Assembly: GCA_016213525.1 (NCBI GenBank)
Contig: JACRAE010000005.1
Span: forward strand, 17,405 to 81,404
DNA length: 64,000 nt
Source: Candidatus Aenigmatarchaeota archaeon
GTDB taxonomy: Archaea; Aenigmatarchaeota; Aenigmatarchaeia; CG10238-14; SCSR01
Reading direction: 5' to 3'
Made by a program: the position numbers and the translations under genes. Shown here piece after piece: positions 56,518-64,000 of the stretch. Within the stretch, counting starts at the first letter, position 1. Every line of letters begins with the position of its first letter. The notes under the pieces were generated by a model that made no database searches, had not been told where the DNA came from, and saw only the letters and a list, made by a program, of their open reading frames with translations.

Positions 56518-56631
56518 TGCTGGGGGGGAGATTTGAACTCCCGATTCCGGCGTTTCTTAGCTCTCATCCTTGCGTCGAAGCTCATACGGCGTATGAGCGC
56601 CGTGTCCTAGACCAGGCTAGACGACCCCAGC
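56518..56631 (-). tRNA. tRNA with CAT anticodon (elongator Met or Ile2) carrying a 38-nt intron at 37/38
   Basis: Acceptor GCTGGGG/CCCCAGC and anticodon stem CGGCG...CGCCG, which only closes if 38 nt (CGCCGTATGAG...CTAAGAA) are removed. Exon CTCATA pairs with intron TATGAG. T arm GGGAG-TTCAAAT-CTCCC. Confidence 0.85.
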
Positions 56632-56672
56632 GGAATTTTACTAATTTAGTCTCGGCATCTAATTTAAAGAGT

Positions 56673-57119
56673 TTATCGCTTCCCATGGATTCTCTTCGCG
56701 CGTCTGAGATCCATCGTCAGATAGATTGCGGCAGCTGCAGACACCACGACCGCGGCCTGGAAGTACGGCGAATCCCAGACATTATATTTGTAATTACCGG
56801 TCTGGAGGCTTGGTGCCTGACCGTTGAGGTAGTAGTACCTCCAGACGTTGAAGTTTCCGTCGCTCTCCGACGCCCAGGCAGAGACCTCGCCGGCCTTTAT
56901 CGACTCGTCCATCTCCAGCTTCTTTATCCCCATCCAGACGGCGCCCTTGTATTCGTAGTATCCCTGCCAGGCGGCTTTCTGTTCCCCAAATGGCGGGAAC
57001 GGGGACGTGTCGTAGCATGGCCTGCCGGGCCAGTCAGGGCTCTCGACACAGGCCGCGCCCACGCCGGAGATGGAGACGATGAAAACTGAGAGGAATGCCC
57101 AAACAGCAGCGGCGCTCAT
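56673..57119 (-). CDS. Hypothetical secreted protein with a C-terminal TM anchor (148 aa)
   Basis: Signal-like MSAAAVWAFLSVFIVSISGVGA, Trp/Tyr-rich ectodomain, C-terminal AAVVVSAAAAIYL + RRAKR. Confidence 0.55.
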   Translation of the reverse strand: MSAAAVWAFLSVFIVSISGVGAACVESPDWPGRPCYDTSPFPPFGEQKAAWQGYYEYKGAVWMGIKKLEMDESIKAGEVSAWASESDGNFNVWRYYYLNGQAPSLQTGNYKYNVWDSPYFQAAVVVSAAAAIYLTMDLRRAKRIHGKR

Positions 57120-57180
57120 GGGGAATAATTGAGCCGAGATTGGTTAAATATCGGACGCGACAAATAATCTAAAGATAAAC

Positions 57181-57774
57181 ATGAAGGTCGTCGTGGCTGC
57201 GCTCCCGGGTTCTGGAAAGACGACACTCATGAAGATGCTCCAGGAAAGGATGCCCAACATAGTAATTGTGAACGTCGGCAGCGCCATCGCGAAGATGGCG
57301 ATGAAGGAGCTGAAGATAAAGAGCCGCGACGAGCTCAGGAAGGTCCTTACCGTCAGACAGCAGAGGCACTTTCAGGAGGCAGTGGCGAGGAAGATAGCAA
57401 GGATGGGCGCGAGGGACGTTGTCATAGACACCCATACGGCCGTGAAGACCCCGTACGGCTTCTTCCCGGGCATGAGCGAGACCCCCGTTCACATCGTGAA
57501 GCCGGACGCGATAGTCGTCCTGGAGTTCAGCCCGAGGGACATAATCGAGAGGAGGAGGAAGGACAAGACGAGGAAGAGGGACGACGACACAGAGCAGCTG
57601 CTTGAGGAGCACCAGGACGCCAGCCGGTACTTCGCATTCGGGGCGGGCCAGCACGCGGACGCAGTTGTGAAAGTAATCAACCTGAGGTACAGGCAGAGGA
57701 GGCCGTTTGAGCACACAATGAGGGCGGCTGACGAAATAGTTAAATTGTTCGAGAACCAAGGGAAATCATCATGA
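57181..57774 (+). CDS. adkA: Archaeal-type adenylate kinase
   Basis: P-loop ALPGSGKTT. VIDTHTAVKTPYGFFPGM and RRRKDKTRKRD blocks resemble the AdkA family. Confidence 0.88.
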   Translation: MKVVVAALPGSGKTTLMKMLQERMPNIVIVNVGSAIAKMAMKELKIKSRDELRKVLTVRQQRHFQEAVARKIARMGARDVVIDTHTAVKTPYGFFPGMSETPVHIVKPDAIVVLEFSPRDIIERRRKDKTRKRDDDTEQLLEEHQDASRYFAFGAGQHADAVVKVINLRYRQRRPFEHTMRAADEIVKLFENQGKSS

Positions 57775-58319
57775 TAGAGAAGACGCTAGTTGTGCTGAAG
57801 CCCGACGCCGTGAAGGCGGGACTGGAGAGGCAGATAATATCCAGATACCAGAAGGCCGGCCTGCACGTTGTCAAGAGGAAGGAAGTGATTCCGGACAGGA
57901 AGCTAGCGGACAACCACTACGCCGCGACGGAGCCGCAGATAGTCGGCATGGGTCACAAGACCCTCTCATCCGCGAAGGAACTCGGCAAGTTCGAGGAGAT
58001 GGTCGAGCTGTTCGGCACCGACGATCCGAGGAAGATAGGGGAGGAGCTGAGGGAATGGTCCCTCCAGTTCATATCATCCGGCAAGGTAGTTGCTTTCATT
58101 TTGGAGGGCGAGGATGCCATAAAGACGGTCAGGAGGATAACAGGCTTCACGGACCCGACCAAGGCGGACGCGGGCACGATACGCGCCGACATGAGCAAGG
58201 ACTCCATATCCAAGGCGAACTTCGAGAGGCGCGCTTGCGAGAACCTCGTGCACGCCTCCGGCGACCCAGAGGAGGCCAAGAGGGAGATAGCTCTCTGGTT
58301 CGGAATGGAAGAAGTATGA
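57771..58319 (+). CDS. ndk: Nucleoside diphosphate kinase (with a ~30-aa internal insertion)
   Basis: EKTLVVLKPDAV, active-site NLVHASG. 4-nt overlap with adkA. Confidence 0.85.
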   Translation: MIEKTLVVLKPDAVKAGLERQIISRYQKAGLHVVKRKEVIPDRKLADNHYAATEPQIVGMGHKTLSSAKELGKFEEMVELFGTDDPRKIGEELREWSLQFISSGKVVAFILEGEDAIKTVRRITGFTDPTKADAGTIRADMSKDSISKANFERRACENLVHASGDPEEAKREIALWFGMEEV

Positions 58320-58465
58320 GCCTCGACGAGGATTTTGTAAGGAAGAAGCTGAAGAAACTAAGGGACAGGTTCCCAGGCATGGACATAGATCAGGTCGAAC
58401 GCGAGCTCTTCCCGCTCAAGGATGAGATGCACGTCAAGGTAGGCAAGAAGAAGAAAGACGACTAG
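58316..58465 (+). CDS. Possible 49-aa Lys-rich micro-protein
   Basis: ATGA overlap with the ndk stop. MSLDEDFVRKKLKKLRDRFPGMDIDQVERELFPLKDEMHVKVGKKKKDD. Confidence 0.4.
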   Translation: MSLDEDFVRKKLKKLRDRFPGMDIDQVERELFPLKDEMHVKVGKKKKDD

Positions 58466-58475
58466 CTGATTTTTC

Positions 58476-59393
58476 TTACTCTCTCTGCAGGAGGCTGGAA
58501 TAGACTATCGGCAGCAGCACAGTGGCATCGCCGTCGATGTGAGAGTACTTGGCCTCGGGCTTTATCTTGCCCCAGCTGACGGCCTCCTTAAGCCTCGCGC
58601 CGCTCATGCTGCCGTCGTACTCAACGGCTGTCGAGATGTAGACCGCATAGTCGAGGCCGTGCTTGAACTGGTTCCACCATATCACGTGGTGCTTCGATAT
58701 CCCGCCGCCGATCATCAGGGCGCCCGACCTCTTGGCGTTCCAGACCATGTCCGACAGGAGCTTCTCGTCCTTCAGCAGATTGATGCGGAACTCCTTGTCC
58801 TGGGCGAACTGCCATATCTGGTAGCCGACGCTGCCGTCAGTTATGCCCGGCACTATCACCGGTATTTTGTTCTTCCAGCACCAGTACAAAATAGAGTCTT
58901 CGTCGAGCCTCTTGCCGATCTCCCAGCACAGCTCGTGAGTCGATATCTCCTTCCTCTCGTTCTGTATGTCGCGAAGCCAGTCCATCATCTTCTCCTCGAT
59001 TATGGTCCCGTACGAGTCGTTCGGGATGAAGACGTTCCCCAACCTGTTGATTCCCTCTTTCGCCAGCTCCGCGTCGTCCGCCTGGAACGTGCCCTCGTAG
59101 TAGTCCTTGAAGCAGCGGGCTATGTCGTGGTCCAGCGTGCCGCATGTCGTGAGGACGACGTCGAACATGTTGTTCTTCAGCATGTCCTTCAGCACGCCCC
59201 TCGTACCGGTTGCGACTATATCGGCCGTGAACGAGAGAAAATTGAGGGAGTTCGCGTCCTTCATCATGCTCTCCAGGACGTCTATACCGATGGCGAGGTG
59301 CTTCGAGCTGAATCCGCCTCCGTCCTTCATACCCTGAATTATCTGGTCCACGCTGGTGGACTTCGTTATCTTCAGGTCCTTCACAGGTTCCAT
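58476..59393 (-). CDS. dys: Deoxyhypusine synthase
   Basis: 305 aa. ...MIGGGISKHH... and family-typical layout. The partner substrate aIF5A is at 37942. Confidence 0.85.
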   Translation of the reverse strand: MEPVKDLKITKSTSVDQIIQGMKDGGGFSSKHLAIGIDVLESMMKDANSLNFLSFTADIVATGTRGVLKDMLKNNMFDVVLTTCGTLDHDIARCFKDYYEGTFQADDAELAKEGINRLGNVFIPNDSYGTIIEEKMMDWLRDIQNERKEISTHELCWEIGKRLDEDSILYWCWKNKIPVIVPGITDGSVGYQIWQFAQDKEFRINLLKDEKLLSDMVWNAKRSGALMIGGGISKHHVIWWNQFKHGLDYAVYISTAVEYDGSMSGARLKEAVSWGKIKPEAKYSHIDGDATVLLPIVYSSLLQRE

Positions 59394-59474
59394 AGAGATT
59401 CTTGCCCCGCGGATGTATTTAAAACAACACGTGCTTTTCTAATCTTTAATTTTCCCACACGACAAGCTAATGGT

Positions 59475-61145
59475 ATGACCAAGGACGTTTTGGCCGCCCT
59501 GAAGACGGCCGGAGTGAAGGCAGAGGCTTCCCAGCTTGAGAAGCCCCCACAGCCGGAATTCGGAGAGGCGAGCTTCCCCTGCTTCCCGCTGGCGAAGGTC
59601 TACAAAAAAAATCCAGTCCAAATAGCGCAGGAGATAGCCGCGAAGATCAGGGTACCGAAGGGCTCGATGGTGTCGAAGGTCGAGGCGAGGGGAGGGTACG
59701 TGAACTTCCATTACGATTATAGAAAGTTCGCTGCGTCGGTCCTGTCTGGGACGAAGAAGACGAAGAAGAAAGTGGGAAGAGTGATGATCGAATACTCTCA
59801 ACCCAACCCAGTCCACCCGATGCACATAGGACATGCGAGGAACACGTTGCTCGGTGATTCGCTCGCGAACATATTGGAGCACGCGGGCAACAAAGTGACA
59901 CGCGCGAACTACATGAACAACGTCGGGCTGCAGGTGGCGAAGCTCGTGGCCGCGTACGACATGTGGGGCGAGGGCAGGGAGCCCGAGGGCAAGCCGGATG
60001 CGTGGCTCTGGAAGTTCTACATAAGGTTCCACGAGGAGGCGCAGGTGAATCCAAAGTTGGAGGCGGAGGCGAGGAGGCTGCTACTGAAATACGAGGTCGA
60101 GAGGGACAAATCTACTGTTAAGAGATGGGACAGGATAGTCGGCTGGTGCATCGATGGATTCAAGGAGACGTACAAAAGGCTCGGCGTGGACTTCGACGTC
60201 TACTTCTACGAGATAGACTACCGAGCGCCGGGGAGGGAGATTGTGAAGAAGGCGGTTAAGAAGAACATAGCCGCGAAGACCGACGAGGGCGCAGTCTTCT
60301 GCGACCTGACGAGCCACGGCATTCCAGGTACGATAATCCAGAGGTCAGACGGTACAGGTCTCTACATAACGAGCGACCTAGGGCTCTCGGTGCACAAGTT
60401 CGAGAAGTACAAGCTCGACAGGTCCATCTGGGTGACGGCATCGGACCAGGACGCGCACTTCCAGCAGCTGTTCAAGATTTTGGAGGTCATGGGATACAGG
60501 TTCCACGACAGGTGCCAGCACTTTTCCTACGGTCTCGTCGACCTGCCGGAGGGCAAGATGTCCTCGAGGCAGGGCAGGGCGGTGATGCTCGACGATGTTA
60601 TGGACGAGATGGTCGCGCTCGCAGACGCCGAGGTTTCGAAGAGGAACCCGGGCATGTCGGCTAGAGATAGGAAGAAGATATCGGGACAGATAGCGATTGG
60701 CGCCCTGAAGTATGCCATGGTGAGAATAGAGCCGAGGATGAACATGACCTTCGACTGGGACCAGATGATGGGCCTCGAGGGGAACACCGGTCCCTACCTC
60801 CAGTACGCGCACACGAGGTGCGTCGGCATACTGCGGAAGTCCGGGAAGTTCGTCAAGGCGACCTCTTATGCGGACATCAACGAATACGAGAAGGCCCTGA
60901 TAAGGAAGTTGTCGGAGTTCGACCACGTCGTGGAATCCGCGGCGAGGGAGAGCAGACCGAGCATGGTGTGCAATTATGGGTTCGAGCTTGCCACCGTCTT
61001 CAACTCCTTCTACCACAACTCCCAGGTCATAGGACTTTCAGATCCGAAGCAGACGAACTTCAGGATCGCGTTGGTGAAACAGACAAAAGACACACTGGGT
61101 AAGGTGTTCGGTCTGGTGGGTATGGAAGCGCCCGAGAAAATGTAG
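59475..61145 (+). CDS. argS: Arginyl-tRNA synthetase
   Basis: The ATG at 59475 is in frame with the track ORF. HIGH-type PMHIGHARN, KMSK-type GKMSSRQG, C-terminal anticodon-binding domain. The upstream 312 codons of the track ORF are antisense to dys and are rejected. Confidence 0.9.
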   Translation: MTKDVLAALKTAGVKAEASQLEKPPQPEFGEASFPCFPLAKVYKKNPVQIAQEIAAKIRVPKGSMVSKVEARGGYVNFHYDYRKFAASVLSGTKKTKKKVGRVMIEYSQPNPVHPMHIGHARNTLLGDSLANILEHAGNKVTRANYMNNVGLQVAKLVAAYDMWGEGREPEGKPDAWLWKFYIRFHEEAQVNPKLEAEARRLLLKYEVERDKSTVKRWDRIVGWCIDGFKETYKRLGVDFDVYFYEIDYRAPGREIVKKAVKKNIAAKTDEGAVFCDLTSHGIPGTIIQRSDGTGLYITSDLGLSVHKFEKYKLDRSIWVTASDQDAHFQQLFKILEVMGYRFHDRCQHFSYGLVDLPEGKMSSRQGRAVMLDDVMDEMVALADAEVSKRNPGMSARDRKKISGQIAIGALKYAMVRIEPRMNMTFDWDQMMGLEGNTGPYLQYAHTRCVGILRKSGKFVKATSYADINEYEKALIRKLSEFDHVVESAARESRPSMVCNYGFELATVFNSFYHNSQVIGLSDPKQTNFRIALVKQTKDTLGKVFGLVGMEAPEKM

Positions 61146-61155
61146 CTTCAAGACC

Positions 61156-61521
61156 TCACCCATACCGCTGGGAATTCTCAGACTTGACGATTGCAGACGA
61201 TATTTCATCGAGGGCCCCGTTGAATGAATTTATGTCGGCGTATGCCACGGTCTGGAGGGTGTCGTAGATTATCCTGGACATGAATATACCTCCACCGCTC
61301 CTCATCAGATTGAATTTGTTGTAGTTTTTGAGACCCCTCAGATAATCATTCATGGATTCAATTTCCTTATTTTCCGATTCAGATTTTGTATAAGTATCTG
61401 GGAGCGTCAGGTCTACGGTAAGGCTCCTTCCCGGATTCTCCATTATGTATCTGGTGAAATCATTCAGGCTCTCCTGGTAGCTCCTTATTGCACCAACATT
61501 CTCCGAACCGATGGTCATCAT
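61156..61521 (-). CDS. Hypothetical protein (121 aa), lower GC than its neighbours
   Basis: ORF only. Confidence 0.45.
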   Translation of the reverse strand: MMTIGSENVGAIRSYQESLNDFTRYIMENPGRSLTVDLTLPDTYTKSESENKEIESMNDYLRGLKNYNKFNLMRSGGGIFMSRIIYDTLQTVAYADINSFNGALDEISSAIVKSENSQRYG

Positions 61522-61659
61522 AAAATCTTCATCGGCGGTTGGGTGTATATAAAAAATCTAAAATAATTTGTTTAACGGTAAAATTTTTCCGATGAAACGG
61601 GGCTTATTCTGGGAGAACGATACAAAAAGTATTTATAATACTAAATATTGAGTCATAAC

Positions 61660-62577
61660 ATGACGTACTTTGTAGAGGAGACGGAGGACGGCCAGAAGGT
61701 GTTCAAGACGACGGTCGTTGACTCGAGGAAGGCGGGAGTTCTGGGCTCGGACCTGTCCTTGAGGGTCCTTATCGAGCTGTCGAAGAAGCCGCAGTGCGCC
61801 ATGGACGTCGCCAGGAGGCTGAAGGAGCATGAGCAGAAGATTTACTACCACGTTAGGAGGCTCGAAGGCGCCGGGATAGTGAAGCTCATAGGGAGGGAGA
61901 AGAGGGTCGGGTCCTTCGCCAAAATATATTCGGTGACATCTCCGTACATGACGGTGAAGCTGTTCGAAGGCGACCACGTGAGCGACCTGAAGACCAAGCC
62001 GGCCCACGTGGACTTCTTCAGAGGCTTCATCAAAGACGGCAGGCTGAACGCGACCATAGTCGTTGGGTCGCCCGAGCCCCACGGCAAGTACGGGGCGCAG
62101 GCGTATGACGCGCCGGCGGCCATAGACCTGGCTCTGATGCTCGGGACCTTCGTGAAGGACGCGTCGCCGAACTACAAGCTAGACACGGAGATGAGGGACG
62201 AAGACATGGGGCAGAATCTTATTTTGATAGGCGGCCCAAAGGCCAACATAATCATAGACAGAATAAACGCGAGCCTTCCGGTGTATTTCGACACGAGGAA
62301 GGACTTCAACATAGTGTCGAAGATGTCCGGTTCCGTATATTCTGTAGATCACGTCGGAATGGTTGTGAAGATGAGGAATCCATATGATGCGAAGAAGGAG
62401 ATATTGGTCCTGTCCGGGAAGCACTTCAACGGCACCAAGGCGGCCGTGGTGGCAATGATGAGGCACATGCGCAAGCTGAACGACGTGACTAGCAAGGACG
62501 GGTCGGTCGCAAGGGTCGTCCGGGGTATAGACAGGAACTCAGATGGCAAGATAGATGACGTCGAGTTCCTTGAGTAG
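61660..62577 (+). CDS. ArsR-type winged-HTH protein with an uncharacterised C-terminal domain
   Basis: TATA-like gtatttataata ~25 nt upstream of the ATG at 61660. wHTH LRVLIELSKKPQCAMDVARRLKEHEQKIYYHVRRLEGAGIV. Confidence 0.65.
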   Translation: MTYFVEETEDGQKVFKTTVVDSRKAGVLGSDLSLRVLIELSKKPQCAMDVARRLKEHEQKIYYHVRRLEGAGIVKLIGREKRVGSFAKIYSVTSPYMTVKLFEGDHVSDLKTKPAHVDFFRGFIKDGRLNATIVVGSPEPHGKYGAQAYDAPAAIDLALMLGTFVKDASPNYKLDTEMRDEDMGQNLILIGGPKANIIIDRINASLPVYFDTRKDFNIVSKMSGSVYSVDHVGMVVKMRNPYDAKKEILVLSGKHFNGTKAAVVAMMRHMRKLNDVTSKDGSVARVVRGIDRNSDGKIDDVEFLE

Positions 62578-62622
62578 CTTATTTAAATTAAAAATATCAA
62601 TTCCTTGAGAAGCGATGCTCTG

Positions 62623-62916
62623 ATGGATTTCGATAAGGCGACCCCTAAAGGCTGCAATGTGACCAGGGAGAAATATGAGGATCTAGTCGATAGGCACATA
62701 GAGGAGATGAACATGAGAAGTCGTATAGACTCTTACGACGCCATAGAGGAGTGCGCCGAGTTTCTGAGCCCGTACGTTAGCAGTTACGAGCTACGTTCCA
62801 GATCCAGATCGCCGACCAGGGGCAACTTGGAAACCCTTAATTACTTTCAGATTACGCGCGCCCCTATGGGATTCTGTGCCGTGATGCCTGTCAAAAAAAG
62901 AGAATACAAATTCTGA
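62623..62916 (+). CDS. Hypothetical protein (97 aa from ATG)
   Basis: ORF only. Confidence 0.35.
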   Translation: MDFDKATPKGCNVTREKYEDLVDRHIEEMNMRSRIDSYDAIEECAEFLSPYVSSYELRSRSRSPTRGNLETLNYFQITRAPMGFCAVMPVKKREYKF

Positions 62917-62919
62917 AAA

Positions 62920-63051
62920 CTAGTTTATGCCCAGAATCTTATCGCAAACGGCGCAGGACACTATCTCGACGTCGTTCACCTGCGTGAGCCTCTTAATGCG
63001 CACGTCCTTCTCGGCATTTATCGTGGACCCGCAGTGCGGACAGATTGCCAT
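62920..63051 (-). CDS. 43-aa zinc-ribbon micro-protein (not in the ORF track)
   Basis: My translation MAICPHCGSTINAEKDVRIKRLTQVNDVEIVSCAVCDKILGIN, with CPHC..x25..CAVC. Confidence 0.45.
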   Translation of the reverse strand: MAICPHCGSTINAEKDVRIKRLTQVNDVEIVSCAVCDKILGIN

Positions 63052-63103
63052 GAGGAATAAATCGCGGCAGCATTATTTAAGGATAAAATTTGGATGATGG
63101 TTT

Positions 63104-63739
63104 ATGTCAATCAGGGAGCTCAGCGTGCCGATGGAGGACGAGTTCAGCAAACAGCCCTATGGGTTCAAGGTTCAGGTGCTTCCTTTTCCTGCGGTCAAGT
63201 CCAATTATGTGGCGGTTTTTTCTCTGGGAAGGGATGACATCTACGAATATTTCGGGGCAAGGAAATCGGACATAGAATCCTTCAAGTATGTGAACGGACT
63301 GACGGACGTCAAACGTCCGGTTTTGTCGGAGCCTAGATTTATGGGAGGCAACGCATACGCCGACGTAATGTCCTTCAGCAGGCCAAAGTCCCATAAGGTG
63401 GTCGGACCTTACGTAAGAAGCCGAGGAGACACAGGATCCTTGTTGAGCGGCCATTATTCTTGCACTTGCGAGGCGGGGGACAACACGAGGCACGAGGTCA
63501 ATTTGAAGGGGTGTGCACACATGGTGTCGTTGATTGACAGCATGAGCCTCAGTAGAGGCACCCATCACATGGGGTTCGCTTCCGACGACATGAACAGGGC
63601 AGTTACCTGGGTCATACGTAAGTACGCGCGAGACAAGAAAAAAATAGATTCCGCGAGCTTCTACAGACTGTTTCCGAATTATCCTGACAAGCTGAAGAAG
63701 ATAGTGAGGGACAATTTCCTTCCGACTAAAACAACCTAA
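63104..63739 (+). CDS. SWIM zinc-finger protein
   Basis: CTCEAGDNTRHEVNLKGCAH fits C-x-C-x14-C-x-H. Confidence 0.55.
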   Translation: MSIRELSVPMEDEFSKQPYGFKVQVLPFPAVKSNYVAVFSLGRDDIYEYFGARKSDIESFKYVNGLTDVKRPVLSEPRFMGGNAYADVMSFSRPKSHKVVGPYVRSRGDTGSLLSGHYSCTCEAGDNTRHEVNLKGCAHMVSLIDSMSLSRGTHHMGFASDDMNRAVTWVIRKYARDKKKIDSASFYRLFPNYPDKLKKIVRDNFLPTKTT

Positions 63740-63993
63740 ATCTCTTCGCCCTTCTCTTGCACCCAGTTCTCTATTGCCTTGCCCAAATTTACGACGGTGT
63801 GCTGACCGTTCGGCATCTTGCGTTTAATCGTCATGGGCATCAAGCCATTCCTGAACTCTGCCTTCGCTATCTCAAAGGATGTGGTCTCAGTTGTCTTCGC
63901 GAGGACTGGAGCGCCCAGCGAGACCTGAAGGGACCTGGCGCCTATCAGCCTGGCCGCCTCGAATCTTGTAAGTTTGTCGTTTGGCCAATTCAT
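63736..63993 (-). CDS. rpoK: DNA-directed RNA polymerase subunit K (Rpo6)
   Basis: LTRFEAARLIGARSLQVSLGAPV core. 85 aa. Confidence 0.85.
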   Translation of the reverse strand: MNWPNDKLTRFEAARLIGARSLQVSLGAPVLAKTTETTSFEIAKAEFRNGLMPMTIKRKMPNGQHTVVNLGKAIENWVQEKGEEI

Positions 63994-64000
63994 AAAAATC

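Noticed and set aside
56517-57089. 190-aa plus-strand ORF
   Set aside because: It overlaps the intron-containing tRNA and is antisense to the better-supported secreted protein gene at 56673-57119.
58539-59474. The 5' 312 codons of the 868-aa track ORF containing argS
   Set aside because: This part is antisense to the well-supported deoxyhypusine synthase gene. ArgRS homology starts at the in-frame ATG at 59475 (MTKDVLAALK...).
61156-63739. Possible genomic island. Several orphan genes here have somewhat lower GC (roughly 42-47% by eye), including a SWIM-finger protein
   Set aside because: I found no integrase, no flanking direct repeats and no tRNA target. The interspersed gene 61660-62577 has normal composition, so the evidence is insufficient.

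Overview
A 64-kb archaeal chromosomal window, GC-rich by eye (about 55%) apart from a few sharp low-GC patches. I can support about 70 protein genes, unlinked 16S and 23S rRNA genes (both on the minus strand, about 8.6 kb apart) and four tRNAs: Ser-CGA, Ala-TGC, His-GTG, and a CAT-anticodon tRNA with a 38-nt intron. Recognisable housekeeping genes are Cdc48/VAT, type IA topoisomerase, Hef-type helicase, GatD/GatE, DRG- and YchF-like GTPases, TFB, histone, aIF5A, deoxyhypusine synthase, ArgRS, archaeal adenylate kinase, Ndk, RpoK, CorA, a P-type ATPase, an Lrp regulator and a DPH6-like PP-loop ATPase. Many genes have a TATA-like box about 25 nt upstream of the start codon, which suggests leaderless transcripts. 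Internal operon genes use 4-nt ATGA/GTGA overlaps or GGAGGTGA-like SD sites. This gene set plus the unlinked rRNAs suggests a small-genome archaeon (DPANN- or Thermoplasmata-like), but that is inference only. I found no CRISPR array, integrase, transposase or prophage hallmark. The most unusual observations are these. (1) The cdc48 gene carries a ~330-aa coiled-coil-like insertion in the D1 lid and shows an abrupt intragenic GC mosaic. (2) A six-gene divergent module (26419-31727) consists entirely of uncharacterised proteins, including a TIM-barrel-like protein with a large insertion and a pair of tandem paralogues. (3) A nuclease-less Hef helicase sits next to tandem paralogues with a PD-(D/E)xK-like motif. 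(4) An archaeosortase-like protein has Ser where the catalytic Cys is expected, and it lies near a heavily N-glycosylation-sequon-rich S8 protease. (5) Four non-conserved insertions (candidate introns) sit at functionally critical rRNA sites. All calls come from reading translations, motifs and hand alignments. No searches were run, so boundaries are approximate.
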